Numbered from the stretch's first letter, positions 29,760 through 40,779 are shown. The stretch is 64,000 bases of DNA from Desulfatiglandales bacterium (GCA_963662465.1 OY759599.1:2240001-2304000), one strand, 5' to 3'. Numbers and translations are program-made. Notes: generated by a model not told the origin, from the letters alone.

Positions 29760-31619
29760 ATGAAAAAAACACACCCTAAAATGTCTAAACTGCTGATCTT
29801 TGCCGCAATGATACTGGCTTTCGCGGCCCCTTCCCTGGGCCAGGTTCCAGAAAAGGTCTTTGCACCCTACGTGGATGTATTGCTCTATCCAGCCTTTTCC
29901 ATAAACGACGCCTTTGATGAAACCGGGCAGCCTTACTTCACCCTGGCGTTCATCACCAGCGATGCCGACTGTAAACCCGCGTGGGGCGGGGTCGTCTCTC
30001 TCGACGACAACCATTTCATGGATGAAGTCACCGCCATAAGGCAGAAAGGCGGGGATGTCATTATCTCATTCGGCGGCGCCAACGGCACGGAACTGGCCAT
30101 GTGCCATAGCGATCCCAGCGTCCTTCAGGCCGCCTATCAGTCGGTCATTGACAAATACCGGGTCACCTGGGTGGACTTTGACATTGAGGGGTGGGCCGTT
30201 GCCGACAGACCCTCCATTGATCTCAGGAATAAGGCCATTAAAGGCTTGCAGGCGGCAAATCCCGAGCTAAGAGTGGCTTTCTGTTTGCCGGTTCTGCCAT
30301 CGGGGCTGACCCCGGATGGAATTTATGTGCTGGAAAATGCCCGGGCCAACGACGTCAGGGTGGATGTCGTCAATGTGATGGCCATGGATTATGGCGATTG
30401 GGCGGCGCCCAATCCGGAAGGAAACATGGGGCAGTATGCCATTGATGCAACTTATAACACCTATCAGCAGGCCCTTGGTTTGGGCCTTGCCCCCTTAATG
30501 GGCATTACACCCATGATCGGCCAGAATGATGTGCCCTCCGAGCGCTTTTATCTGTCGGATGCCCAAGAAGTGCTGTCCTGGGCTGAATCCACAAACTGGG
30601 TCACCATGCTCTCCATGTGGTCCGCCAACCGGGACAACGGCCATTGCGCCGACAAGGCCTGGGCCGATCCTACCTGCACCGGTTTGAATCAGGAAGACTT
30701 TGCCTTCACCGATATTTTTGCCCAATTTACCAGCGGCGGCGGCAACATCAGCCCTCAAATAACCATGCGATCCCCGATGGAAGGAGACATCTTCGATCCC
30801 GGCGACACCATCGTCCTTTCCGCTGATGCAACGGACAGCGACGGAACCGTTGTTCAAGTGGAATTCTTCGCCGGCGATGTATCCCTCGGCGTGGACCTGG
30901 AGTTCCCCTACGAACTTTCATGGGAAAACGTTTCCAAAGGGGTCTATACCATCACCGCAGCGGCAACCGACAACCTGGGCGCCACGGGTCGATCCACTGC
31001 CATTGAGATTACCGTGGGCGGAGGAACTTCACCTTCCACATGGGATCCATCGGCAATCTACACAGCCGGCGATGAAGTCTGTCACAACGGAATCACCTGG
31101 CAGGCCAAATGGTGGACCCGGGGTGAAGAACCCGGCACGACGGGCCAGTGGGGCGTATGGAAAGAAATGGGCTGGTGCGACGGCAATATCGCCCCCACAG
31201 TCGCCGTCACCTCGCCTTCGGAAGGAACGATGTTCGAGTCCGGCGACACGGTAGCGCTTTCAGCCGATGCAAGGGATTCCGATGGAACCGTTATCCAGGT
31301 GGCGTTCTTCGCTGACGGCGTATCCCTCGGCGTAGACCTGGATTCTCCCTATGCGCTTTCATGGGAAGATGTTCCCAAAGGCGTCTATGCCATCACCGCC
31401 GCGGCAACCGATAACCAGGGCGCCACAAGTCAATCCTCCGCCATTCAGATCACCGTGGGCAAAACCGTCGTTCCCGCATCCCCCTGGAGTGCATCGGAAA
31501 TCTACGTGGGCGGCGATAAAGTCTCCCACAACGGAAGACTGTGGCAGGCTAAATGGTGGACCCGGGGTGAAGAACCGGGGACAACCGGACAATGGGGGGT
31601 ATGGGAAGCACTAAGCTGA
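29760..31619 (+). CDS. Secreted GH18 chitinase with two (Ig-like + CBM5/12) repeats
   Basis: Signal peptide, FAPYVD, SFGGA, DFDIEG catalytic motif and AKWWTRGEEPG twice. Confidence 0.9.
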   Translation: MKKTHPKMSKLLIFAAMILAFAAPSLGQVPEKVFAPYVDVLLYPAFSINDAFDETGQPYFTLAFITSDADCKPAWGGVVSLDDNHFMDEVTAIRQKGGDVIISFGGANGTELAMCHSDPSVLQAAYQSVIDKYRVTWVDFDIEGWAVADRPSIDLRNKAIKGLQAANPELRVAFCLPVLPSGLTPDGIYVLENARANDVRVDVVNVMAMDYGDWAAPNPEGNMGQYAIDATYNTYQQALGLGLAPLMGITPMIGQNDVPSERFYLSDAQEVLSWAESTNWVTMLSMWSANRDNGHCADKAWADPTCTGLNQEDFAFTDIFAQFTSGGGNISPQITMRSPMEGDIFDPGDTIVLSADATDSDGTVVQVEFFAGDVSLGVDLEFPYELSWENVSKGVYTITAAATDNLGATGRSTAIEITVGGGTSPSTWDPSAIYTAGDEVCHNGITWQAKWWTRGEEPGTTGQWGVWKEMGWCDGNIAPTVAVTSPSEGTMFESGDTVALSADARDSDGTVIQVAFFADGVSLGVDLDSPYALSWEDVPKGVYAITAAATDNQGATSQSSAIQITVGKTVVPASPWSASEIYVGGDKVSHNGRLWQAKWWTRGEEPGTTGQWGVWEALS

Positions 31620-31630
31620 TCGTTCCGGAT

Positions 31631-31659
31631 AAAAGCATCCCATCATATGGGATGCTTTT
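31631..31659. terminator. Intrinsic terminator
   Basis: aaaagcatccca-tcata-tgggatgctttt. Confidence 0.8.
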
Positions 31660-31893
31660 CGCCTCTTTACTATCCATTCAAACAAGTCTGGAAAATCTCT
31701 CTCGAATAATCGTTCAGCTGCTGTTGTTCCGTCGAATCTCATCAAAGCAAAGTTCTGAAATTCGGGCCTTTACAATCCCACTTAACATTGTTAGTTTTTC
31801 GAACCGGCTTCTGATCCGCGAGATGCCGATGGAAAAACAGCCGGTACGCTTAAACAGACAACCCCAGCAACTTGTAAAAATGAAGGAGACCTT

Positions 31894-32271
31894 ATGGCGC
31901 TACCCGAAAAAAACACGGAAGTCCCATTAAACGACATCCAAATAATCTGTCAAGAGTATGGCTTGTTGGATCTCTGGAAAAAAATCGAAAATGACCCGCC
32001 TAAAAAACCCTTTAAAAGCGACGGATGCTCTATGTGGTGCGATTCCTGGCAGGGGGTGGATTTTTATCCGGCCTGTTTTTTCCATGACTTGAAATACTGG
32101 TGCGGATATCCGGATGAAACAGCCGAACGTCTGATTGCCGACGCGGAGCTGATGATCGATATTGCCAGGGCAGGCGCACCCAAAATGGCCGAAGTGATGT
32201 TTGCCGGCGTTCGGATCGGCGGTCATGAGGCACTGAACCGATCCTTTAGCTGGGGCTTTGGAAGGGAGTAA
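31894..32271 (+). CDS. Hypothetical protein with a phospholipase A2-like C..HD..Y motif
   Basis: SDGCS...ACFFHDLKYWCG...ERLIADAEL...GVRIGG; aaggag RBS. Confidence 0.6.
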   Translation: MALPEKNTEVPLNDIQIICQEYGLLDLWKKIENDPPKKPFKSDGCSMWCDSWQGVDFYPACFFHDLKYWCGYPDETAERLIADAELMIDIARAGAPKMAEVMFAGVRIGGHEALNRSFSWGFGRE

Positions 32272-32276
32272 CCATA

Positions 32277-33089
32277 TTGGCGTACAAAATGGTCAGAAAA
32301 ATCATCTCGGGCGGTCAGACCGGCGCTGATCGGGCAGCACTGGATTTTGCCATCGAATGGAACATCTCTCACGGCGGCTGGATACCCAGAGGACGTAAGG
32401 CGGAAGATGGAAGGCTGCCTGAAAAATATCGATTGAAAGAGATGCACACTACCGATTATGCCCGGCGTACCGAACAGAATGTGGTGGATTCGGACGGCAC
32501 CCTGATTTTTTCTCACGGACCCCTAACGGGCGGTTCCAGCCTGACGCGAAAAATGGCCCTGAAGCATGGACGTCCCTGGCTTCATGTGGACCTCTTGAAA
32601 ATCAACAGCTTCAGCGCCGCCCAATCCATTTATGCATGGTTAACGGAACATCGCATCAGCGTTTTGAACGTGGCGGGCCCCCGGCAAAGCCAGGATGCCA
32701 AAATATACCGTGCCACTTTTGACATACTGGAGGCCGTCTATCACCTATCCACCATCAATTCCCATATGCATCATCCCCCGGCCGGGCGACGGTATCCCTT
32801 GCCCAAAAGCGTTGATGACGCTGTTGGGCAACTGCTTTCTCAGTTAACATTGAAAGACAAGAGCAAAATTGCGCGAATGGGCAAAGGGGACCTGTTGGCA
32901 CTGACCCTTACGCTGGGCCGTTATATTGGGGATCATTTCGGGATATGGGAGGGCAATGATGCACTCATCGCCTCCTGCCGCACCATTATGAGAAAAGAGT
33001 CCATCAAGGAGGAAGAAGCGATCGCCTTCATCATCAGAACACTGTGGGAGGAACTTCAAACATCCCACGGTTTGCGGGTCGTCCGTTGA
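32277..33089 (+). CDS. SLOG-family (putative molybdenum carrier / YpsA-like) protein with an extra C-terminal helical domain
   Basis: KIISGGQTGADRAALD, RTEQNVVDSDGTL and LNVAGPR motifs. Confidence 0.8.
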   Translation: MAYKMVRKIISGGQTGADRAALDFAIEWNISHGGWIPRGRKAEDGRLPEKYRLKEMHTTDYARRTEQNVVDSDGTLIFSHGPLTGGSSLTRKMALKHGRPWLHVDLLKINSFSAAQSIYAWLTEHRISVLNVAGPRQSQDAKIYRATFDILEAVYHLSTINSHMHHPPAGRRYPLPKSVDDAVGQLLSQLTLKDKSKIARMGKGDLLALTLTLGRYIGDHFGIWEGNDALIASCRTIMRKESIKEEEAIAFIIRTLWEELQTSHGLRVVR

Positions 33090-33113
33090 TATCCCTGAAA
33101 ACATGGCGCTCCC

Positions 33114-34748
33114 ATGGCTAACGGGAAGGACGTCGCGACGGGAGAAAACGCCGACACCACAGAATCCCTTTACAAAAAAGTCGGCATTGCATCCCTCATT
33201 ATGATGACCTCGGTCCTTTTGAGCCGGGTCATCGGTATACTTCGCGAGGTTGTCATCGCCTATGCGGGCGGAACCGGGGGCGATGTGGACGCCTACCAGA
33301 TGGCCTTCGTGCTGCCGGAAATTTTGAATCACGTGGCGGCCACGGGGTTTTTATCCATTACCTTCATCCCCATCTTCAACAAGTATCTGATAAAGGATAT
33401 GGAAACCGAAGGGTGGCGGATTTTCTCCCTCATCCTTTCCTCTTTCGGAAGTCTCCTGCTGCTTCTCATAACCGTGGCCTGCGTTTTCACGGACCATCTC
33501 GTGACCCTCATTGCGCCAGGCATTAATGATCCCGCCATCAAGGCGCTCACCATCCGCATGACTAGAATTGTCCTGCCCGCCCAGTTTTTTTTCTTTACAG
33601 GAGGGCTCTTCATGGCGGTTCAGTTTTCAAAGGAACATTTCCTCATTCCGGCCCTGGCCCCCCTCCTTTACAATCTGGGCATCATTACGGGCGGCATTGT
33701 GCTGGCGCCCTGGATCGGCATCGAAGGGTTTGCCTGGGGGGTCTTCGGGGGAGCGCTGGTGGGAAATTTCGCGGTTCAGTGGTTTGGGGCCAGGCGCCTG
33801 GGGCTGCGGTTTAAACCCTGTTTTAATTTGACCCATCCGGATTTGCGACACTATCTTCTCCTGACCCTTCCCCTGATGCTGGGGCTTAGCATGACCTTCT
33901 CAACGGAGTTTTTTTTCCGGTTCTTCGGTTCCTTCATGCCCCAGGGCGCCATTGCGGCCCTCAACTACGGGCTCAGAATCACCTTCATCCTCGTGGGCCT
34001 GTTCGGTCAGGCCGTTGGAACGGCATCCTATCCCTTCATGTCCAGACTGGCGACGGAGGGGCGATCGCACGAAATGAACCGATTGCTCGACAAAACGGTG
34101 CGCGCCCTGACCCTTGTCATCCCCTTTTCCGTGTTTCTCATGGTCATTCGTCATGAAGTTGTTTTCATCCTGTTCCAGCGGGGCCGCTTTGATGCCGCCG
34201 CCACGGCGCTGACCGCCCATCTCCTTCCCTATCTACTGCTGGGGGCCTTTGCTTTTTCGGCCCAGACCGTTGTGGTGCGGGGATATTACGCCATGCAGAA
34301 CACCCTATTTCCAGCCCTGCTGGGAACGGCGGCGGTCCTGCTGAGCATTCCCTTTTTTCTGGTGGGCATGGATCGAATGGGCGCATCCGGCGTAGCCCTG
34401 GGCGTTTCCATTTCCGCCTTTATGCAGGTCGCCCTGCTTTACATATGTTGGAACAAGCGAACGCAAAACAGGGACAGCGGTCTTGTCTATGGGGCGGTTT
34501 TCAAAATGGTTGCGTTAAGCATCTTCCTGGGATTCAGCCTCGAAACCCTGCGGAAAACCCTTTTCTCAACCCTTGGCGCCGGAACACTGTCCGGCGCACT
34601 GATCACCAGTGTTGCGTTGGGAATACTGTTTTCATGCCTGCTCTACCTCGCCTGCGGGATCATGAAGATGTCGGATATTTTTGATATTCTTGAAAAGCCG
34701 TTTCGGAAGCTCAAAGATAGGTTTTTCAAAAAAGCCGGGAACACATAG
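33114..34748 (+). CDS. murJ: Lipid II flippase MurJ
   Basis: LSRVIGILRE, DAY..AF.LP and LFQRGRFD motifs; many TM helices. Confidence 0.92.
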   Translation: MANGKDVATGENADTTESLYKKVGIASLIMMTSVLLSRVIGILREVVIAYAGGTGGDVDAYQMAFVLPEILNHVAATGFLSITFIPIFNKYLIKDMETEGWRIFSLILSSFGSLLLLLITVACVFTDHLVTLIAPGINDPAIKALTIRMTRIVLPAQFFFFTGGLFMAVQFSKEHFLIPALAPLLYNLGIITGGIVLAPWIGIEGFAWGVFGGALVGNFAVQWFGARRLGLRFKPCFNLTHPDLRHYLLLTLPLMLGLSMTFSTEFFFRFFGSFMPQGAIAALNYGLRITFILVGLFGQAVGTASYPFMSRLATEGRSHEMNRLLDKTVRALTLVIPFSVFLMVIRHEVVFILFQRGRFDAAATALTAHLLPYLLLGAFAFSAQTVVVRGYYAMQNTLFPALLGTAAVLLSIPFFLVGMDRMGASGVALGVSISAFMQVALLYICWNKRTQNRDSGLVYGAVFKMVALSIFLGFSLETLRKTLFSTLGAGTLSGALITSVALGILFSCLLYLACGIMKMSDIFDILEKPFRKLKDRFFKKAGNT

Positions 34749-34831
34749 ATCTTCCTTGACATTCGGGCGAAATTCAAGGGAAAATTCCACTCCAAAATCA
34801 CATACGGCGTCAGAGAGAAGGGAGTAGTAAA

Positions 34832-36574
34832 ATGTGCAAAGGCATCATTCTTCTTATAATTGTCATTGCTTTATCGGGGAATTCCACCCATGCCGGGGTG
34901 CTTGAAAATGTGCTGATAGAGGCAGCTTGCTCGGGAAACAGCGAACGGATCAATCAAATGCTTCAGCTTGATATCAAAATAGATATCGGCGCAAGAAGTA
35001 AAGATGATACCACTCCCCTTTCATGCGCGATTGCCAATGGCCATGACAAGGCTACGGAACTCCTCCTTTCTTACGGTGCAGACCCGAACATAACGGACAG
35101 ATTCGGCAGGACTGTGTTGTTTGAAGCATCCATGAAGGGTTTTCCACGGGTAGTCGAGGCGCTCCTCAAAAACGGTGCAAATCCTAACGCCTCGGACACG
35201 GAAGGATTGACCCCTCTCTTCCTTGCCGTATCCCAGGGAAACAATAAAGATGTCGTGGCACTTTTGATAAACCATGGGGCAAATGTCAATGCAGTCACGC
35301 ATCAGACAAACGAATCCGCCCTCTTTCGTGCGGTCGGCTATAACAGGAATGAAATGGTGTCACGCCTCCTCTCTAAAGGCGCCAACGCAACGATTAAATC
35401 CAAAAAAAGCGGCAACACTGCCTTTCATATGGCCGTGGAAATGCGAAATCTTTCCATTATCAAAACATTTCTACAGCACGATGTCGATATCAATGAAAAA
35501 AATGATCAAGGGGATTCGGCCCTCATCATTGCATCCAGGATGGGAAATACCGAGGTTGCCGAACTTCTACTTGAACATGGCGCTGATCCGGAAATAACGA
35601 ACAAGCATGGCCTGAATTGTCTGCTCGATGCCATCTCCGCCGGGCAGACATTAACGGTGGAGGCCCTGATAAAGAGGGGACTATCCATTTCCACCCGGGA
35701 TAAATACAACAGAACCGCCCTTATGCTTGCCGTGATAAGTGGCAACAAAAATGTTGTGTCGTCGGTTCTCAAGAGACGTGTGAATGTCAATGACAAGGAT
35801 AATGACGGAAAAACAGCCTTGATGCACGCCTCGTTGGCCGGCAATCGTGAGGCTGCGGTAATGCTGCTTAACGCAGGGGGAAATCTTGCCCTAAGGGACA
35901 GCAACGGTGATACCGCCCTTATGCTTGCCGCCGCAGAGGGGGAAAAAGAGATTGTGAGCCTGCTTTTGGATAAGGGAGCAACCGTTGATGAGGTTTCCAG
36001 GTCAGGACGGACGCCGCTTCATAGGGCATCGGAATATGGAAACCTGGAGGTCGTCAGCGAACTCCTTTCAAGAGGGGCGGACGTCAATGCCAAAGATAAG
36101 GAATCGCAGGCATCGGCTCTTCATTTGGCTTCAGCGGGAGGACATGAAGAAGTCGTAAAAAAATTACTGGAAAAGGGGGCAAATCCAAATGCACCGGACA
36201 AGCTCGGTCAAACGCCCATTCACAAAGCCGCCTTTAAGGGTTCCGGCAAGATCATCAGCATGCTTCTTGGCGCAGGCGCCGGGATCGATGCAAAAGATCA
36301 GTCAGGAAAAACACCGATCATGCTTGCCTGTGAAAGGGGATATGTCGACGCGATAAGGTGTTTCATGGAAAATAATGCTGATATTAACGCAACGGATAAT
36401 CTCCGGTGGACGCCCCTTTTCTGGGCAGTATTTTACGGCCATTATGACGCTGTGAGTCTTCTGCTCCAGAATGGCGCGGATAAAAATTATAAAGACAAAA
36501 AAGGGTTGACTGTTTTGGACTACGCAACGGAGCAAGGTCACGGATACCTGATAGAGCTTTTAAGGCCAAGATAG
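34832..36574 (+). CDS. Secreted ankyrin-repeat protein
   Basis: Signal peptide plus about 16 G.T[PA]L..A...G repeats. Confidence 0.92.
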   Translation: MCKGIILLIIVIALSGNSTHAGVLENVLIEAACSGNSERINQMLQLDIKIDIGARSKDDTTPLSCAIANGHDKATELLLSYGADPNITDRFGRTVLFEASMKGFPRVVEALLKNGANPNASDTEGLTPLFLAVSQGNNKDVVALLINHGANVNAVTHQTNESALFRAVGYNRNEMVSRLLSKGANATIKSKKSGNTAFHMAVEMRNLSIIKTFLQHDVDINEKNDQGDSALIIASRMGNTEVAELLLEHGADPEITNKHGLNCLLDAISAGQTLTVEALIKRGLSISTRDKYNRTALMLAVISGNKNVVSSVLKRRVNVNDKDNDGKTALMHASLAGNREAAVMLLNAGGNLALRDSNGDTALMLAAAEGEKEIVSLLLDKGATVDEVSRSGRTPLHRASEYGNLEVVSELLSRGADVNAKDKESQASALHLASAGGHEEVVKKLLEKGANPNAPDKLGQTPIHKAAFKGSGKIISMLLGAGAGIDAKDQSGKTPIMLACERGYVDAIRCFMENNADINATDNLRWTPLFWAVFYGHYDAVSLLLQNGADKNYKDKKGLTVLDYATEQGHGYLIELLRPR

Positions 36575-36662
36575 AAACAACTGTTTGTGAATAGGGTGGT
36601 GTTAAACATGAAAATGCTATTTCATGCTATTTCAAGAAATCAGATCGAAAGGAATCAAACAG

Positions 36663-36914
36663 ATGAAGGATGACCTCGGGAAATACTATTATCCCTTTCC
36701 ACAGAATAAAAAAGTACGCATGTATGTTCAGGAAATAGACGGCATGGTCCAGTTCAGGCTCTGGAATTCCGATGATGCCAAGTTATGGGACGACCATGGC
36801 TGGATCCCTTACGACGCCATACAACAAGCCGCCGCCATGTATGAACGGAAGAATGCTTTCAACCCCAACCAGGCCTACGACCTGGATATTGCAAAGGCGC
36901 TGCTGAAAGAATAG
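36663..36914 (+). CDS. Small conserved hypothetical protein
   Basis: GKYYYPFPQNKKVRMYV...FRLWN...LWDDHGW pattern. Confidence 0.65.
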   Translation: MKDDLGKYYYPFPQNKKVRMYVQEIDGMVQFRLWNSDDAKLWDDHGWIPYDAIQQAAAMYERKNAFNPNQAYDLDIAKALLKE

Positions 36915-36921
36915 CCCGAAC

Positions 36922-37725
36922 ATGCTTAATTTCTTAAACGGACTGGATGAAGATCTACGCAAGGCATTAATCGCCCAACTTCGAAATCTCTGGACCCACG
37001 GGTCCACGGCCATTGAAGGGAATACCCTGACACTGGGAGAGACGGCCTTTGTTATCGAGGAAGGGTTGACGGTTTCCGGCAAACCGATTAAAGACCATCA
37101 GGAGGTTTTGGGGCATGCACACGCCATCGATTTGATTTATGATATGGTGGAACGTGCATCAGCCATCGGGGAAACGGATTTATTTCTTTTGCATCAGGCC
37201 GTTCAAACCACCGTAACATTTGATGCATACAAACCCATTGGCGCATGGAAAAAGGAACCGAACGGCACTTACATGGTAGCCGGGGACAAACAGATATTTT
37301 ATGAATATGCCGACCCTTCAGATGTACCCGTTCTCATGAAAAAATGGATCGGGTTGCTCAATCAGAGTGCTGAAACGATACAGTCAAAAGAAGATGCCGC
37401 AGCCATATATGCGAAGCTTCATATGGCCTTTGTGTGGGTACATCCGTTCTTTGATGCAAATGGCAGAATGGCGAGGCTTACGGCGAACATCCCTGTTTTG
37501 CAATGCGGATTTCCGCCGATCTTGATTCCAAAAGCCAAACGGTGGGAATATATTCTCCATCTTTCGGAATATAAACTGGCGGAAGGGTCGCCCAAAGCAT
37601 CCACTGATTTGCTGCCGATAAACGCCAAGCTCAATAAATTCATCGAATTTTGTAAAGAATCATGGGCGGAATCACTGGATTTGGTGGAGACTATACGGCA
37701 AAAACAAAAGGAAAGGGATGCATGA
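36922..37725 (+). CDS. Fic-family protein
   Basis: STAIEGN inhibitory motif and HPFFDANGRMAR catalytic motif. Confidence 0.9.
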   Translation: MLNFLNGLDEDLRKALIAQLRNLWTHGSTAIEGNTLTLGETAFVIEEGLTVSGKPIKDHQEVLGHAHAIDLIYDMVERASAIGETDLFLLHQAVQTTVTFDAYKPIGAWKKEPNGTYMVAGDKQIFYEYADPSDVPVLMKKWIGLLNQSAETIQSKEDAAAIYAKLHMAFVWVHPFFDANGRMARLTANIPVLQCGFPPILIPKAKRWEYILHLSEYKLAEGSPKASTDLLPINAKLNKFIEFCKESWAESLDLVETIRQKQKERDA

Positions 37726-37736
37726 CCCAATATCCC

Positions 37737-38795
37737 CTACCGCAAATAAATGGGATTTGAAAAAATCCAGGGCCGATACCCGAAAAAGGGCGCTCGGCGG
37801 GATACTTCAACACGATAAACGCCGGGCTGCTCCACTCCCAGGGAAAAGCGGCGGCCGATCTTCCCGCCCACGGAAACGCCGTTTCTCAGCAACCGGATAC
37901 GCCCATTTTGCGGCGATTCCACAAAAAAGACACCCGGCTGGAACGATCGCTCTTCTCCCATTTCCATGGCCGGTCCCCCTTTTAAGACATAATAAAAGCT
38001 AAATCCATTGGAAGGGGTCAGGCGATCATGGGCCACATAAAGGCGACCCTCTCTCATGGCGCCATACACCTGTTCCCGCGCCTCATCCGCATGCTTGGAC
38101 AACGGTTGATCCAGCAGTATATGGATATTGATGCTCCTCAAACCGTCACGGTAAGACAGGGGAGTAAGGCAAAACGGCCCCCAGCGAAACAACGCGCCAT
38201 GGGCATCGGACCCGCCGATGGCAACCACCCGCCGATCGTTGCAGGCCCTGTCCCAGAACAAAAGGGTTTGTCGGCTGGGACCTTTCAGGGTCCAGGTTTT
38301 GAACAGCAGAAAAAACAGGCCATGCAGGGGCGTTTTGATGCGCTCTTTCCATCGGGATGAAAAATTCCAGATACAAATGCCGGAATAATCCGTTACCGAA
38401 AGATCGTTCCAGGTGTAAGCGATGGACTTTTCGTGAAACGGCATCCCCTTTTCAAAGGGATGGGCCAGAAAACCAAAACCGCCCTTTTGGTTTACGCGAT
38501 CAATGACCGACTGTGGGCCAAGACCTTTTCCGCGCACCATCTCCCTGAGACCAAAAGCCAGATAGTGGTGAAACCGCTTTCCCAATTCGAGGCCCATAAG
38601 GACCAGCACGCCGTCATGATATCCTTCATGTTCAAGATGAAGGGTTTTGGCCATGTAATCGTGATCGTTGATAATCATAAAATCCAAATTTGCCGATCCG
38701 GCGTGCCGGGCAATCTCGGCCACGGTCCCCGCGCCGTCTGAATAGCGGGTATGGATGTGTACGTTGCCGATAACTTCATAAAGATAATTCCGCAT
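37737..38795 (-). CDS. PHP-superfamily metallohydrolase
   Basis: GNVHIHTRYSDG, NDH, AHP and GGSDAH motifs. Confidence 0.85.
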   Translation of the reverse strand: MRNYLYEVIGNVHIHTRYSDGAGTVAEIARHAGSANLDFMIINDHDYMAKTLHLEHEGYHDGVLVLMGLELGKRFHHYLAFGLREMVRGKGLGPQSVIDRVNQKGGFGFLAHPFEKGMPFHEKSIAYTWNDLSVTDYSGICIWNFSSRWKERIKTPLHGLFFLLFKTWTLKGPSRQTLLFWDRACNDRRVVAIGGSDAHGALFRWGPFCLTPLSYRDGLRSINIHILLDQPLSKHADEAREQVYGAMREGRLYVAHDRLTPSNGFSFYYVLKGGPAMEMGEERSFQPGVFFVESPQNGRIRLLRNGVSVGGKIGRRFSLGVEQPGVYRVEVSRRAPFFGYRPWIFSNPIYLR

Positions 38796-39460
38796 GTCCT
38801 ATTTTCCTTTCCGGGCCTCATCCAGTGCTTTAAGGCCCAGTCCCATGGGTTTCAGGATGGCAGGGATCTTTCTCATTGCATCTATCGTTAAGCTCACCAG
38901 CGCCTCCTCCGGCCCCCGCTGGAACCGCCGAAGTATCAGGCGTCTGGTGCAGCTCTTGGTTCGCCATCTCCATCTTCCTTTTTCGCAAGGACGTTTTCCA
39001 TATCAATGAACATAATGGCTTTTTTTAGAACTGAAAATTATTGGTTTCCGGTTTTGATATGTGGCTCATATCAAAACATGTTGAAATATTGTAATATAAC
39101 AGGTATATCAAATTCGCCAAGGTCAATGTGCGTTGGAGATATTGCCGGTTTCGCCAAAAATATGGGAACCACAATATATGTATGGTATGACCGCCCAATA
39201 TGAGCTAATCTTGCCTTTGGCTTTAAGACTCTGTTTTTATGGAGTCATTTTTCGACAGACGCTTGATCCTTAACCAGCGGCACCCATAGGGGCACTCGTA
39301 CAATGGTTTAACCTAAAACTGCTCAAGGAACGAAAAGGGTGGCGGAATCAATGAATTAGCGATCAGAGAAATGGGCGTAGTCTAATATCTCTGAATCAGA
39401 TCGACCCGCGCACATTCAAACGCGAATTTTTTCGGAAGGAGAACCTGTAAGGGAGTGTCT

Positions 39461-40753
39461 ATGTCGGAAGAAATTGAAGCAACCCACGCCATCCTGCTGG
39501 GCCATTGCCCCCTGAACGGCAACACCAATGCCAAGGACGCTTCCATGGAAGAACTTGCGCGCCTGGCGGATACAGCGGGCATCATTACCCTGGGAAAGCA
39601 CGTACAGAAAAGGGAAAAGATTCATCCCAAGACCTTCATCGGCGAAGGATTTATCGAGACCTGTATTGAAAAAGCGGCGGATAAAGCCGACCTTTTGATT
39701 TTTGATCATGACCTGACGGGCTCCCAGGCCCGCAACATCGAAAAACGGTTCTCGCTTCCCGTCATCGACCGCACGGAAGTGATTCTCAAAATCTTTCATG
39801 ACCATGCCCGAACCCGAGAAGCCCGCCTCCAGGTCAGGCTGGCGGAACTGAAATATGAACTGCCCAGGATCAAAAGCATGTGGGGACACCTGGACCGGGA
39901 GCGGTTCGCCGGCAGCGCGGGCGGCAGGGTGGCATTTCGGGGAATGGGGGAAAAGCAGAGCGAAATGGACCGGCAGAAGCTTCAACGGGAGATTTATGAG
40001 ATTGAAAAAACCCTTGAAAAACTCGTCCGACAGATCGACACCCAAAAAAAACTGCGTAAGAAACATTGCAAGAACATCGGTCTGGTGGGCTACACCAATG
40101 CGGGAAAATCGACCCTTTTTAACCGCCTGACCCACGCCGGCGTACGGGTGGAGGACAAGCTTTTCGCCACTCTCGACTCCACTTCCAGGTCCTTACATCT
40201 CGCCAATGGAAAGAAAGCGGTCATATCCGATACAGTGGGGTTCATCTCAAATCTGCCCCATCATTTGGTGGCCAGTTTCCGGGCCACACTCAAGGAAGCG
40301 GAAGAAGCGGATTTTCTGGTGCACGTGACCGATATCTCCGATGAAACCTTTCAAAAACATCTGGCGGATGTGGAAACCGTCCTCAAAACCATTCACGCCA
40401 ATGAGATTCCCCACCTCTTGGTCTTCAATAAAATCGACCGGGTTTCCGAAGCCGAGATCGCAAACGTTCGAAGATCCTATCCGGATGCACAATTCATCTC
40501 TGCCTCAACCGGCGCCGTGGACAACTTATTACTGGAAATAGGAGAACGTCTTCACCCTTCCGGAAAAATGACACTGTTAATCCCCCAGTCGGAACAAAAG
40601 CTTATTCACGACATCCATAATCTGGCAAAGGTGCTTGAAACCACCTACGAAGACGACGGTGTACACATGCGTGTGGAAATGGCCGGGGAGGACATGCACC
40701 CCTTTGAAAAATATCGGGTTGAGGATAAAATTGAGCCTTTATCAGCAAAATAA
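39461..40753 (+). CDS. hflX: GTPase HflX
   Basis: GYTNAGKST, DKLFATLD, DTVGF and NKID motifs. Confidence 0.95.
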   Translation: MSEEIEATHAILLGHCPLNGNTNAKDASMEELARLADTAGIITLGKHVQKREKIHPKTFIGEGFIETCIEKAADKADLLIFDHDLTGSQARNIEKRFSLPVIDRTEVILKIFHDHARTREARLQVRLAELKYELPRIKSMWGHLDRERFAGSAGGRVAFRGMGEKQSEMDRQKLQREIYEIEKTLEKLVRQIDTQKKLRKKHCKNIGLVGYTNAGKSTLFNRLTHAGVRVEDKLFATLDSTSRSLHLANGKKAVISDTVGFISNLPHHLVASFRATLKEAEEADFLVHVTDISDETFQKHLADVETVLKTIHANEIPHLLVFNKIDRVSEAEIANVRRSYPDAQFISASTGAVDNLLLEIGERLHPSGKMTLLIPQSEQKLIHDIHNLAKVLETTYEDDGVHMRVEMAGEDMHPFEKYRVEDKIEPLSAK

Positions 40754-40779
40754 ACCACCGAAATCGTAAGGATTGTCCC

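Noticed and set aside
34832..37725. Ankyrin + Fic as an AnkX-like effector system
   Set aside because: Separate genes; the ankyrin protein has a signal peptide while Fic is cytoplasmic and carries its own inhibitory motif; no secretion genes nearby.
38798..39454. Small ORFs or an ncRNA between the PHP gene and hflX
   Set aside because: Short frames with no convincing start or motif; one may be a gene-end remnant but cannot be supported.
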